Positions 24,665 to 38,119 of a stretch of DNA of 64,000 bases are shown here, one piece after another. The position numbers and the translations under genes are program-made. The notes under the pieces were generated by a model. The model worked only from the letters and a program-made list of their open reading frames with translations, was not told the origin of the DNA and made no database searches. Origin of the DNA: Myxococcales bacterium (GTDB lineage Bacteria; Myxococcota_A; Polyangia; Polyangiales; DASUME01). Every line of letters starts with the position of its first letter. The stretch's first letter is position 1. The DNA lies in contig JASGJH010000001.1 of NCBI GenBank assembly GCA_047601445.1, positions 2,656,001-2,720,000 on the forward strand, written 5' to 3'.

Positions 24665-25978
24665 ATGCCGGCCGAACTACGCGTGGGTTTGTTGGGTTGT
24701 GGAGTTGTTGGACAGGGCGTGCTGCGCCTGGTCGACGAAAGTGCGAAGGCCATCGAAGCCCGTCTGGGCCGTCCGGTGAAGGTGCAGCGGGTCTACCTAC
24801 GCGACGAGAGCAAGGCGCGGAGCGCGGTGCCGAAAGAGCTGCTCACCAGCGACCCCGCCCAGGTCTGTGCGGGCGAAGACATCGACGTCGTGGTCGAGCT
24901 GATGGGCGGCGTCGACACCGCGGGCAAATTGGTCGAGGCTGCGTTGCGCGCCAAGAAGCCCGTGGTCACCGCCAACAAGGCGCTGCTGGCCGAGAAGGCC
25001 CACGACTTGATGGCCCTGGCTGAGGCCAACCGGGTCGACCTTTACTTCGAGGCTGCCGTGGGCGGCGGCATCCCTGTCATCCGCACGCTGCGTGAGTCCC
25101 TGGCCTCGGATCGCGTGCTCGCCATCCGCGCCATCTTGAACGGCACCAGCAACTACATCCTTTCCCAAATGCAGCACCGCGGGATCGGCTTCGCCGAGGC
25201 CCTGAAGGGCGCCCAGGCTGCCGGATACGCCGAGGCCGATCCCACCCTGGACGTCGGCGGCGGCGACGCGGCGCACAAGCTCTCGATCCTCACCACCCTG
25301 GCGTTCGGCGTGCGCGTGCGTACCAAGGACATCACCACCGAAGGCATCACGGACGTCGACGCCATCGACATCCACTTCGCGAAGCGCTTTGGCTACGTGT
25401 TCAAGCCCCTCTCGATCGCGGAAGCCGCCAGCGATGGCAGCCTGGTGTTGCGCGTGCACCCCGCGCTCGTGCCCGAGAGCAGCATGATGGCCCACGTGAC
25501 CAACGCGCTGAACACGGTGCAGATCACCTCGGCCGCCCTGGGCGCCTGCATGCTCACGGGTGCCGGCGCGGGCGCGGGCCCCACCGCGGTCAGCGTCGTC
25601 AGCGACGTGGTCGACGTGGGCCGCAACATTCACTCGGACGCCGCCGGACGCGTGCCTCACCGGGCCTTCCGCGAGGAAGTGCTGAAGGACGCGCGCCTGC
25701 GGGACATCGGCGAGCGCGTGGGCGAGTACTACATGCGCTTCACGGTGAGCGACCGCCCGGGCGTGCTCGCGGAAATCGCTGGCATCCTCGGCCAGCACAG
25801 CGTGTCCATCGCGCACCTCGTCCAGGACGCACCGGACGAGCAGGTCGAGGCCAGCGTGGAGGTGGTGCTCTTGACCCACGCAGCGCGCGAAGGTTCGGTG
25901 CAGGGAGCCCTCGCCAAGATCAACCAGCTCCCCCACTTGCGCGCCCCGGCCCGCCGCTTCCGCATCGAAGAGATCTGA
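24665..25978 (+). CDS. hom: homoserine dehydrogenase with ACT domain
   Basis: GCGVVG, VVTANKA, EAAVGGGIP, NGTSNYIL, GYAEADP and DRPGVLA motifs. Confidence 0.95.
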   Translation: MPAELRVGLLGCGVVGQGVLRLVDESAKAIEARLGRPVKVQRVYLRDESKARSAVPKELLTSDPAQVCAGEDIDVVVELMGGVDTAGKLVEAALRAKKPVVTANKALLAEKAHDLMALAEANRVDLYFEAAVGGGIPVIRTLRESLASDRVLAIRAILNGTSNYILSQMQHRGIGFAEALKGAQAAGYAEADPTLDVGGGDAAHKLSILTTLAFGVRVRTKDITTEGITDVDAIDIHFAKRFGYVFKPLSIAEAASDGSLVLRVHPALVPESSMMAHVTNALNTVQITSAALGACMLTGAGAGAGPTAVSVVSDVVDVGRNIHSDAAGRVPHRAFREEVLKDARLRDIGERVGEYYMRFTVSDRPGVLAEIAGILGQHSVSIAHLVQDAPDEQVEASVEVVLLTHAAREGSVQGALAKINQLPHLRAPARRFRIEEI

Positions 25979-26421
25979 TGGCGGCGCGCGAAGGCACAGG
26001 ACTGAAGGAACTCGTCGCCCTGCTCGGTGACGGCGCGGAGTTCTCGGGCAAGCTGCTGTTCGAAGGACGCGTGCGCATCGACGGCAAGTTCACGGGCGAA
26101 ATCGCCAGCGACGACGTGTTGATCGTGGGCAGCCAGGCCGAGGTGGAGGCCAAGATCGACGTGGGCTCCCTGATCGTGTTGGGAGGCACCGTGCGCGGCG
26201 AGATCCGAGCCGCCAAGTCGGTGGAGCTCCATGCGCCGGCCAAGGTGTATGGAAACATCACAACTCCCCAGCTGATGATCGACCGCGGGGTCCACTTCGA
26301 GGGGCAGAGCCGGATTCCGTCCGTTACCCCACGTTTGCCTGAGCCGGTTCAGGGTGCCGAGACGCCGAAAGGTGACGCAGGCGAGCCTGCACCCACTGAG
26401 ACGGGCCAATCCAAGGAATAA
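25978..26421 (+). CDS. bactofilin (polymer-forming cytoskeletal protein)
   Basis: GKLLFEGRVRIDGKFTGEI...VYGNITTPQLMIDRGVHFEG beta-helix pattern. Confidence 0.88.
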   Translation: MAAREGTGLKELVALLGDGAEFSGKLLFEGRVRIDGKFTGEIASDDVLIVGSQAEVEAKIDVGSLIVLGGTVRGEIRAAKSVELHAPAKVYGNITTPQLMIDRGVHFEGQSRIPSVTPRLPEPVQGAETPKGDAGEPAPTETGQSKE

Positions 26422-26547
26422 CTAGGCCTGCGAGGAAGGTGGATCCTGTAGTACAAGGGCTCCGCAACTTTGCTCGTGCGCGAGCCCGCGTCAGTGGACA
26501 GGCTGAATGGCCAACCAGCCAGCCCGTCGACAGGACAGGAGATCAGA

Positions 26548-27195
26548 ATGAAGCGCCAGGCCACCATCGCTGTACTGGGTACCCTGCTTGGGATCACCAT
26601 CTCGAGCTCGGTCGTCCGCGCCGAGGACGCGAGCGCCCGGGGTACCGATCAGGCTGCCATGCTGAGCGGCCAAGTGGATTTGGCCAACGTGCCTGCCCAG
26701 GACGGGGGCATCGAATGGGGCCGCGCCGAGGGCATCCTGGCGGCGCGCACCGACGACGTGATGGCGATCCTCCACGACTACTCCCGCTACGCCGGCCTCT
26801 TCCCCTACTTCGAGAAGTCCAAGGTCCTCTCGCAGCGCGGCTCTGACGCCATCGTGTACTTGGAGGCCAAGATCCTCCACGGCGCGACCACCCTGTGGGG
26901 GCAGATGAAGATCAGCTCCAAGCAGGCCGACTCCGACCGGCAGGTGGTCGAGGCCAAGCTCATGAAGGGCAAGGGCAACATGTCCCAGTTCTTGGCTCGC
27001 TGGGAGGTCACGCCGACGCACGGGGGAACCCACTCCCGCGTGGTCTTCCAACTGCTCGTCGATCCGGACCTACCCGTCCCCAACATGGCCATCAGCCGCG
27101 AGATGAAGAACGGCGCCGGCCAGGCCTTCCGTGCCCTGCGCCGCCGGGTCACCGAGCGAGCTTCCATCGTCTCGCGCCCGAGCAGCACGCTCTAG
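26548..27195 (+). CDS. exported START/SRPBCC (polyketide cyclase-like) domain protein
   Basis: Signal peptide MKRQATIAVLGTLLG...VRA; DYSRYAGLFPY...SKVL and C-terminal helix typical of SRPBCC; AGGAG RBS. Confidence 0.7.
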   Translation: MKRQATIAVLGTLLGITISSSVVRAEDASARGTDQAAMLSGQVDLANVPAQDGGIEWGRAEGILAARTDDVMAILHDYSRYAGLFPYFEKSKVLSQRGSDAIVYLEAKILHGATTLWGQMKISSKQADSDRQVVEAKLMKGKGNMSQFLARWEVTPTHGGTHSRVVFQLLVDPDLPVPNMAISREMKNGAGQAFRALRRRVTERASIVSRPSSTL

Positions 27196-27218
27196 CCCAA
27201 AGCCGAAACGAATCGTCT

Positions 27219-27250
27219 CGAGGGGGCCCCACGCGGGCCCTTCGGCGTTT
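27219..27250 (+). terminator. putative intrinsic terminator
   Basis: GGGGGCCC/GGGCCCTT hairpin followed by GTTT, just after the 27195 stop. Confidence 0.5.
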
Positions 27251-27371
27251 CTGGAGAGCGGTTGTGCCGTGATCTGCGCCCCGGCTCGGGAACGCTGAAC
27301 GAGATCTTTTGAGCGCGGAAAAACCCTCAAAAATCCGGGGCGATGCGCACGCACACTAGGCGCTCCCAAGC

Positions 27372-27400
27372 TTGACTCTCAAAAACACCGCTGCTAGATA
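27372..27400 (+). promoter_or_regulatory. putative sigma70 promoter of atp operon
   Basis: TTGACT, 17-nt spacer ending TGC, then TAGATA. Confidence 0.6.
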
Positions 27401-27589
27401 CGCGCCGCCTCTGGCCGGGGTTTCCCGCGCCGGGCGGTTCCTCCGCGCCTGTTAGGGCGATTCGTGTGTCGTGGCGCCTTAGGGCAGGAAAATGCTCGGC
27501 CTCACGCGCGATGACCCGCCGGTTCGGCCCGCCGCTCAACTCAGACGCGCACCTGCGCGCGCTGGTTCCGAGGCCTAGCGAGGGAGTCG

Positions 27590-28067
27590 ATGCAGCTTTC
27601 CGCACTCTTGGCCGCCCTGCTCTCAGGGGGCTCCATCATTGACCTGGACGGGACGTTGTTCGTCCAGGCCGCGATGTTCTTCATCGCGTTTGGTGTGCTG
27701 TATGCACTCGTGTTCAAGCCCATGGTCGCCATGCTCGAGGCCCGCGAGGAAGCCATCGACGGTGCCAAGGATCAGGCCAAGCGCCTCGACGTGGAAGTGA
27801 AGGAGAAGCAAGCCTCCTTCGAAGCCGAGCTCCGCAAGGTGCGCAGCGCTTCCAACGAAGAGCGCGACCGTCTGCGCGGCGAGGGACAGGAAATCGAGGC
27901 CAAGCTGCTCGAGCGCGTGCGCGCCGAGACCCAGTCGATGGTCACGGAAGCCAAGTCCCGCCTGGAATCGGAAGCAGCGCTCGCGCGCCAGGAGCTCCAC
28001 GGCCAGCGGCCGCAGCTCGCGCGTGGAGATCGCCAGCAAGCTACTCGGACGAGAGGTGCAGGGATGA
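27590..28067 (+). CDS. atpF': ATP synthase F0 subunit b' (1-nt insertion at ~28025 fuses it to atpF as sequenced)
   Basis: IIDLDGTLFVQ...FKP..LEAREE. Removing one G at 28025-28026 restores the C-terminus REIASKLLGREVQG* (TGA 28065-28067). Confidence 0.85.
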
Positions 28068-28711
28068 AGCGGACCCTCCAGAAGTTTGCCGCCATCGCCA
28101 TGACGCTGGCCGTGCCCGCGTTGGCGTTCGCCAACGAAGAGGCCCACGGGGCTCACGGTGGCGAACACGGCCACGGCGACTGGGACCAGACGGCGATCAT
28201 CGCGTCGATCGTCAACTTCGTCGTGCTGATGCTGCTGCTGTCGCACTTGTTCAAGGACAAGATGCGGTCGTACCTCAAGGAGCGTAAGGCCGAGGTGGAG
28301 CGCGAGCTCAACGAGGCGGCGCGCCTGAAGGCCGAGGCCGAGGCCAAGCACAAGGAGTACTCGGACCGCCTGGCCCAGCTCGACAAGGAGCTGGCTCAGA
28401 TCAAGACGGACATGATCGCGGCCGGTACCAAGGAACGCGACCGCATCGTGGCCGAGGCCGAGCACAAGGCCGCGCGCATGCGCCGCGAGGCCGAGTTCAT
28501 GGTGGAGCAGCAGGCCAAGCAGCTGCGCACCGACATCGCCCGTGAAGCCGCCGACGCCGCCATCGCGGCCGCCGAGCAGCTCCTCGCCAAGGCCACCACC
28601 AGCTTCGACCAGCAGCGGCTGGCCCAGGAGTACCTGGCGTCGCTGCAGTCGGCTCACGGCGTGAAGGCCAGCATGATTCCCCCCAGCACCCAGTCGGAGT
28701 CCCGCGTATGA
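28064..28711 (+). CDS. atpF: ATP synthase F0 subunit b with signal-peptide-like, His-rich N-terminus
   Basis: ATG 28064 after a GAGG RBS; IVNFVVL TM followed by a long coiled coil; ATGA overlap with atpH. Confidence 0.88.
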   Translation: MKRTLQKFAAIAMTLAVPALAFANEEAHGAHGGEHGHGDWDQTAIIASIVNFVVLMLLLSHLFKDKMRSYLKERKAEVERELNEAARLKAEAEAKHKEYSDRLAQLDKELAQIKTDMIAAGTKERDRIVAEAEHKAARMRREAEFMVEQQAKQLRTDIAREAADAAIAAAEQLLAKATTSFDQQRLAQEYLASLQSAHGVKASMIPPSTQSESRV

Positions 28712-29250
28712 GCGTCGGTGCACTAGCGAAGCGCTACGCGCGCGCCATCCTCGAGCTCGCCACCGAGCAGCACCAGGTCGACAAGGTCCGCACGGACCTC
28801 TCCGACTTCGCCGCCATGTGGGCCAACAGCCCGGAGCTGCGCGAGCTGTTCTCGAACCCCAAGTTCGGCGCCGACGCCCGCAAGGCCGCCCTCAGCGACC
28901 TCACGGCCCGCGCAGCCATTTCCCCGCTGGCGAAGAACAGCATCCTCTACCTGGCCGACAAGGGTCGTCTGCACGCCCTGGCCGACATCGTGCGGTCCTA
29001 TACGGACCTCGCCGAGAAGCAGGCCGGCGCCGTGCGCGCCACGGTGACCAGCGCCGCCCCCCTGACCGAGGCCTATTACGCCCAGCTCCAGCGCACGCTC
29101 GAGCAGGCCACCGGCAAGAAGGTCTCCATCGAGCGCAAGACCGACGCCAGCCTGATCGCGGGTGTGGTCACGCGCGTGGGTGACCAGATCTTCGACGGCA
29201 GCATCCGCGCTCGCCTCGCGGACCTGAAGGAAACGCTCAAGAGCGCCTGA
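28708..29250 (+). CDS. atpH: ATP synthase F1 delta
   Basis: AKRYARA...DASLIAGVVTRVGDQIFDGS. Confidence 0.95.
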   Translation: MSVGALAKRYARAILELATEQHQVDKVRTDLSDFAAMWANSPELRELFSNPKFGADARKAALSDLTARAAISPLAKNSILYLADKGRLHALADIVRSYTDLAEKQAGAVRATVTSAAPLTEAYYAQLQRTLEQATGKKVSIERKTDASLIAGVVTRVGDQIFDGSIRARLADLKETLKSA

Positions 29251-29331
29251 GCGCGCTTCGTCTCTGTCACGAACAACGGATTTTTTGGTTTTCGACTCTC
29301 GTGAGTCTTGGCCCAGATTGAGGTAGCCCCG

Positions 29332-30981
<1,650 letters not shown>

Positions 30982-31001
30982 GGCCCTAAGGAACCACCAC
31001 C

Positions 31002-33388
<2,387 letters not shown>

Positions 33389-33390
33389 TC

Positions 33391-33804
33391 GTGGCTGCGA
33401 CCCTCAAGCTCGAGGTCGCCACGCCCGATGGACTCGCGCTGACGACCGAAGCAGAGATGGTGACGGCTCCAAGCGTGAGCGGTGAGTTCGGCGTACTGCC
33501 GGGCCATCTCCCGCTGTTGGCCGCTACCCGTGCCGGTCTGCTCAAGTACCGCATCGGCGGCAAGGACGAGATCGCGGCCATCGGCCCCGGCTTCGTCGAA
33601 GCCTTGCCCGACAAGGTCCTGCTGCTGACCGACGCTTTCCTCAAGCCCGCCGCCATCAACCGCACCAAGGCCGAGGCCGACCTGGCCGACGCCGAGAAGG
33701 CGCTGGCGGACCTCAAGGGGCCCCACGCGGGCGGCGAGTACGAAGAACTGGCCCGGGCGCTCGATTGGGCGCGCGCGCGCGTCGACGCCAGCAAGACGGC
33801 CTGA
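33391..33804 (+). CDS. atpC: ATP synthase F1 epsilon
   Basis: GEFGVLPGHLP motif; position after atpD. Confidence 0.95.
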   Translation: MAATLKLEVATPDGLALTTEAEMVTAPSVSGEFGVLPGHLPLLAATRAGLLKYRIGGKDEIAAIGPGFVEALPDKVLLLTDAFLKPAAINRTKAEADLADAEKALADLKGPHAGGEYEELARALDWARARVDASKTA

Positions 33805-33825
33805 ACGGCGCTGCGAAGGCAACGG

Positions 33826-33862
33826 GCGAGGGCACTGCCGCAAGGTGGTGCCCTTCGCGTTT
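33826..33862 (+). terminator. intrinsic terminator of atp operon
   Basis: GGGCACTGCC-GCAA-GGTGGTGCCC, a 10-bp stem (two G-U) with GNRA loop, followed by TTCGCGTTT. Confidence 0.7.
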
Positions 33863-33952
33863 AAGCCAACCACGGCTTCGCGGTCCGTCTACGCCGGACT
33901 TCGTGCGTTCACATTGTCGCGAGTGAACCGCTGAGACCGCTTGCCGCCGCGC

Positions 33953-35425
33953 TCATTCTGGGGTCGCGCAGTTGCGAAGGAGCCGGGTTCCGCTCGCAAA
34001 CTCCCGCATCACACGCGTGCATAGCCCTGACAGCTGCGCGTCTTCGTCCGGGACGAGACCGCCTTGCACCAAGTAGTAGTCGAACGCCCCCACCATGCCG
34101 ACGCGATCTACCGGAAGCCAACCGAGTTCGTGCGTAGCGATGTAGTAATTGACGGTGGGCTCGAACAGCCACGTCGCCGCGAGCTTCAGCGGTTGCCCCG
34201 CGGGAAGGTGCTGAAGCTCGGCCAGGGCAAAGACTGCTTCCCTCGTATCAGCGTCGTAGCGCCATACATGGAACGAGCGGAGGTTGAAGCTGAGCAGCGC
34301 CTGAATCACTACGGCCACGATCGTGACGACCTGCACCGCGTGTTGAAGATACCTTCCTGATGTGGACCACAGGTCATCGGCGAAATGCCCGAGCGACACG
34401 AAGAACACAGGGATCAAGAAGATCGCGGTGCGCCCGTGGAGGAAACGCGAGTCCAGGTAGTGATGCTGCAGCATGCTACACGCGGCGATTGTCAGCAGGA
34501 TCGCGGTCGGGATGAAGAGAGGCACGATGCGCCCGAACTCACGCCTCCACACGCGCAGCCCAATCAGGCCCCACTGCGCGATCACAGCCGTGGCGATGAG
34601 CCGCCTAAACAGGCGCAGCATCCACTTGGGCTGCGCGACGTCATAGCGCGTGGCGTCGACCAATGACCCCACAGTGTCAACCCAGAACCCGCGTTCGCCA
34701 CCGGCGTACAGCTCGCCAGCCTCCTTGAGCGCGAGACCTCGCGGCAGCGCCCAGCCGACGATCAGACCGCCCGCGGCAGCCAATGCCAACGAGCTCACCA
34801 CGGCGCGCTTAAGAGTGCGCTGCTGCGAACCACCGGACTGGAAGGGAGCCCAAAGGTTCACGGCGCAGAGCACCATAACGAGCGCGATGGCGAAGAGCAC
34901 AGCGCTCAGGTTGGCGAGCACGCCGAGACCGCTTAGCGCGACGGCCAAGAGGTCTCCCGAAAGTCGATCGTCCGCGACGCCGACTGGGCGAGTCGCCACA
35001 GTGAGGGCAGCCAACGAGAAAGCAACCATCAAGCCGTAGCCACGCGCCAGCGAGAAAAAGTCGAGCACGAAAGGATTTAGGTTGAGCAGCGCGAATACCG
35101 TCACCGCCAAGAGCCGCGAGCGAAAGCGCCCGACGAGGAACAGCGAAGCGACGAGGTAGACGAGGTGCGCCAATAGTGAATGAAAGCGCAACGCGAGTTC
35201 CGAAGTACCGAGCGTGAAACGCGCCACACGCATGGCCACCGAATTGAGGAAGTGGTGGTTCGCGCTCGCTGGCTGCAGGTTCCACAGGTCCTGCAGCGGC
35301 CGGTTGGTGAACCAGCTGTAGGAAAGGCTTTCGTCGTGAACGAACGACGTGGTCGCGGCTCTCACGGTGGTGTAACCCAGCAGCGCCAGGCAGGGGAGTG
35401 CCAGTATGCGAGTGGTACTTCGCAT
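33953..35425 (-). CDS. polytopic membrane protein, probable GT-C fold glycosyltransferase
   Basis: HDESLSY acidic first-loop motif, NHHFLNS, ELALR, FSLARGYG; about 11 TM segments. Confidence 0.65.
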   Translation of the reverse strand: MRSTTRILALPCLALLGYTTVRAATTSFVHDESLSYSWFTNRPLQDLWNLQPASANHHFLNSVAMRVARFTLGTSELALRFHSLLAHLVYLVASLFLVGRFRSRLLAVTVFALLNLNPFVLDFFSLARGYGLMVAFSLAALTVATRPVGVADDRLSGDLLAVALSGLGVLANLSAVLFAIALVMVLCAVNLWAPFQSGGSQQRTLKRAVVSSLALAAAGGLIVGWALPRGLALKEAGELYAGGERGFWVDTVGSLVDATRYDVAQPKWMLRLFRRLIATAVIAQWGLIGLRVWRREFGRIVPLFIPTAILLTIAACSMLQHHYLDSRFLHGRTAIFLIPVFFVSLGHFADDLWSTSGRYLQHAVQVVTIVAVVIQALLSFNLRSFHVWRYDADTREAVFALAELQHLPAGQPLKLAATWLFEPTVNYYIATHELGWLPVDRVGMVGAFDYYLVQGGLVPDEDAQLSGLCTRVMREFASGTRLLRNCATPE

Positions 35426-35525
35426 GTGAGCACCATTGGTGCCCACCTCCAATCCGTCAAGGGTGACCGCCTTAGCGATCTAGCCGCACCCAGCCTGAGT
35501 AGCGAGACGCTTCAACACGCGTGGC

Positions 35526-36749
35526 CTACGACGGCGGACGCGTCAGCTTCTTGCCGTTCTCTGCGCGCTTGCTGCGCTTCTTGGCCGCGCGCTTGGCCAG
35601 CGCACGCGAAAGCCGCGGCGGATTCACGAACGGCTCTTCGCCACGGGCGATGGCGGCTTCGTCGGCGGCTTTGGCCTCGTCGGCGCGCACGGGACGAATC
35701 TTCATGCTCTTGCCAGGGGGAGAAGGGTCGACCCAAAAGAAGCTGCGGTCGCGAACGTCCACATGGACGAAGCCCGCGCGCGTATACACGCCCACGCCGA
35801 TGAAGCCCTGTTGGCGGAAGAAGTCGGCCAGGTCTTCGTCCTCCACGCCGGGCAGCACGATATCGGCCGCCAAGCCGTGAGTGTGACGACTCGCGCCGCG
35901 GTCCCGCCGAATGCCGCTGACCAAGTTCACGAAGGGAGCTTCGAAGTGGCGGGTCGCCCGGTGGATGAGCCCCAGTAGGCGTTCGTTCACCGAGCTCGCG
36001 TCGCCGCCCCGAAAAGCCGCTCGCGCGACCTCGAGCTGCTCAGCGTCGAAGGGGCCGCCCTTGTCCTCCGGCACCAGCACCACGAAGGGCGTCGGTTCGC
36101 CCACCACCTGGAACACCAAGGCAGGCGTGCTGTCGCTCAAGTAGGTCTGATCGCTAGGAGCGGGCGCATGCCACTGCGCAATCAAGCCCTGATAGCTGGC
36201 GCTGACACCGCGCTTGATGGGCTTGGTGCGCTCGTCGTGGGAGTGTTTCTTCTTGGTGTCCTGCTTGGCGTGACGCGAGCGTCTGGAGCCGCGCGTCGAC
36301 TCGTCGGCGGGCGCGGGCTCCATGGCCTCCCATTCCTTGGTGATGGCCTCCTGCGCAGCCACATCGTCGCTGGTGTCGCTCGCCCACGCGGGTGCGGTGG
36401 GCCCCGCCTTCGCGGGCGTGTTGTTCGCCTTCGTCGGCGTATTGTTCGCCTTCGCGGGTGTGTTGTTCCCGGCCTTCGCTGGCGCGTTGTTTCCCGCCTT
36501 CGCTGGGGTGTCGCCCGCCTTCGCTGGCGCCTCGTCCACCGGAGCCGGCTCGTCCCGCCCTCCACCGGGCAGCGCGCGAAGGATCTCGTCCCAGTTGTCC
36601 TCCACCTCGGGCGGCAACGGCCGCGGATCCGCCAGAGCCGACAAAGGCAAGCCAGCGAGCCCCGCCAGCACGAGCCACCACGCGAACCGGCACCAGCGCG
36701 GGACGACCGCCTGCGAGCGCCGATCCTCGGATGCAACCCGTCGCATCAA
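35526..36749 (-). CDS. exported YcbK/DUF882 (M15, MepK-like) peptidoglycan endopeptidase with low-complexity linker
   Basis: Signal peptide (ALA|D); Zn motifs SRHTHGLAADI and GVGVY..GFVHVD. Confidence 0.8.
   Translation of the reverse strand: MMRRVASEDRRSQAVVPRWCRFAWWLVLAGLAGLPLSALADPRPLPPEVEDNWDEILRALPGGGRDEPAPVDEAPAKAGDTPAKAGNNAPAKAGNNTPAKANNTPTKANNTPAKAGPTAPAWASDTSDDVAAQEAITKEWEAMEPAPADESTRGSRRSRHAKQDTKKKHSHDERTKPIKRGVSASYQGLIAQWHAPAPSDQTYLSDSTPALVFQVVGEPTPFVVLVPEDKGGPFDAEQLEVARAAFRGGDASSVNERLLGLIHRATRHFEAPFVNLVSGIRRDRGASRHTHGLAADIVLPGVEDEDLADFFRQQGFIGVGVYTRAGFVHVDVRDRSFFWVDPSPPGKSMKIRPVRADEAKAADEAAIARGEEPFVNPPRLSRALAKRAAKKRSKRAENGKKLTRPPS
36402..36530 (-). repeat. six degenerate 21-24-nt coding tandem repeats (P-A/T-K-A-[G]-N/D-N/T)
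   Basis: Repeated CCx GCG AAG GCG units are visible in the DNA and in the protein PAKAGDT PAKAGNNA PAKAGNNT PAKANNT PTKANNT PAKAG. Confidence 0.85.
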
Positions 36750-37207
36750 CGCGCGAGCTCCGGCAAGCGAACCTTCAGTTGCTTGAGCACACTCTCCAGC
36801 GTCAGGAGCTCCTCACGCACGATGCGCGCGCGCTGGCGAAAGGCCGGCGTATCGCCGCTCGCTGCGGCGTCCAGGGCTCGCTCCACGTTCTCGGCCACCA
36901 TCAAAAGGTGAGGATGGGCGTTGATGAACTTCTCGGGCGGCACCAATCGGCCCGCCATGTCCACGTAGCTCTCGGCCAGCGGGTGCGCGAAACGCGCGAA
37001 GTCCGGATCGCCGAAGTGGGTCTCGGTCCACAGCAGGAGACGACGCGACCCCTCGAGGAGCATGGCTAGCTCCGCGAGATAGAGGCGCGCACGACGCTGG
37101 TCCGGCTCGGCATGTGCCTTGGAAGTGAGCACCGTGCCGGCAGGTGCAACGAGGCCGAGCGAGAGGCCCAAGAGAAGGCCCGCGAACATCCACCCGCGCC
37201 TAGCCAT
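36746..37207 (-). CDS. hypothetical exported alpha-helical protein
   Basis: Signal peptide ending AHA; overlaps the rnc stop and the ycbK-like start. Confidence 0.7.
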   Translation of the reverse strand: MARRGWMFAGLLLGLSLGLVAPAGTVLTSKAHAEPDQRRARLYLAELAMLLEGSRRLLLWTETHFGDPDFARFAHPLAESYVDMAGRLVPPEKFINAHPHLLMVAENVERALDAAASGDTPAFRQRARIVREELLTLESVLKQLKVRLPELAR

Positions 37208-37901
37208 GATCGCCCTGGAGTCCGTCGAGCGCCATGCGGGCGGCCTCTTGCTCGGCTTCGATCTTGGAGCGGCCGCTGCCACGCCCTAGCTCGCGTTGAT
37301 CGCTCACGCAGGACACGTGGAACTGGCGCGCGTGGTCCGGCCCAGTGGTCTCCACCACCGTGTAGCGAGGCGTGCCGCCACCCTGGGATTGCACGACCTC
37401 TTGCACCCGCGTCTTGAAGTCGCGTTGCCCGAGCAGCGGGGTATCCACGCGCGGCTCGAGCAGTGCTCGCACGACCCGGCCCGCCTCGGCGGAGCCCCCA
37501 TCGAGGTAGACGGCCGCCACCACGGCCTCCAGGGCGCTGCACAGGAGCCGCGGCTTGGAGCGTCCCCCAGAGCGGTCCTCACCCTTCCCCAGCCTTAGCG
37601 AGGGGCCCAGGCCCAGCTCACGCGCGATGGCCGACAGCCCAGCCTCGCAGACCAGGTCGGCCCGACGGCGCGTGAGCTCCCCCTCGCTGGCGCCCGGAAA
37701 GCGCTCCCAGAGTAAGGTCGACGCGCAGAGGGAGATGACGGCGTCACCCAAGAACTCGAGACGCTCGTTGTCCTGCGGCGCCCGCTCCGGGTGTTCGTTC
37801 GCGAACGAACGGTGCGTGAGGGCGTCGCGCAGAAGCTCGAGGTTCTGAAACTGATAGCCGAGGGCGCGTGCCACGGCGTGAAAGTCAGGCTCCGGCGTCA
37901 T
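37200..37901 (-). CDS. rnc: ribonuclease III
   Basis: ALTHRS, NERLEFLGDAV and dsRBD (DFKTRVQE...GSGRSKIEAEQEAA). Confidence 0.96.
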   Translation of the reverse strand: MTPEPDFHAVARALGYQFQNLELLRDALTHRSFANEHPERAPQDNERLEFLGDAVISLCASTLLWERFPGASEGELTRRRADLVCEAGLSAIARELGLGPSLRLGKGEDRSGGRSKPRLLCSALEAVVAAVYLDGGSAEAGRVVRALLEPRVDTPLLGQRDFKTRVQEVVQSQGGGTPRYTVVETTGPDHARQFHVSCVSDQRELGRGSGRSKIEAEQEAARMALDGLQGDHG

Positions 37902-38119
37902 CCAAGTTTCGGAAGCTAACACGGAGCCCGGATCAGGTCTCGTACGGGCCGGGGTCATCCAGCGAGTGACTGTGACCTCACTCCAAAGGTTCACCCGAGG
38001 GCGAAACCCGTGAGCCAGCCCACGCTCCTGCGGCAAAAACCACCGCCTACGGCCGTCTCAGTTGGAGTGGGCGGGTCCGCCCGCGAGCCGAAAAAGCGGA
38101 ACTCCAATGACTCGGAGGG

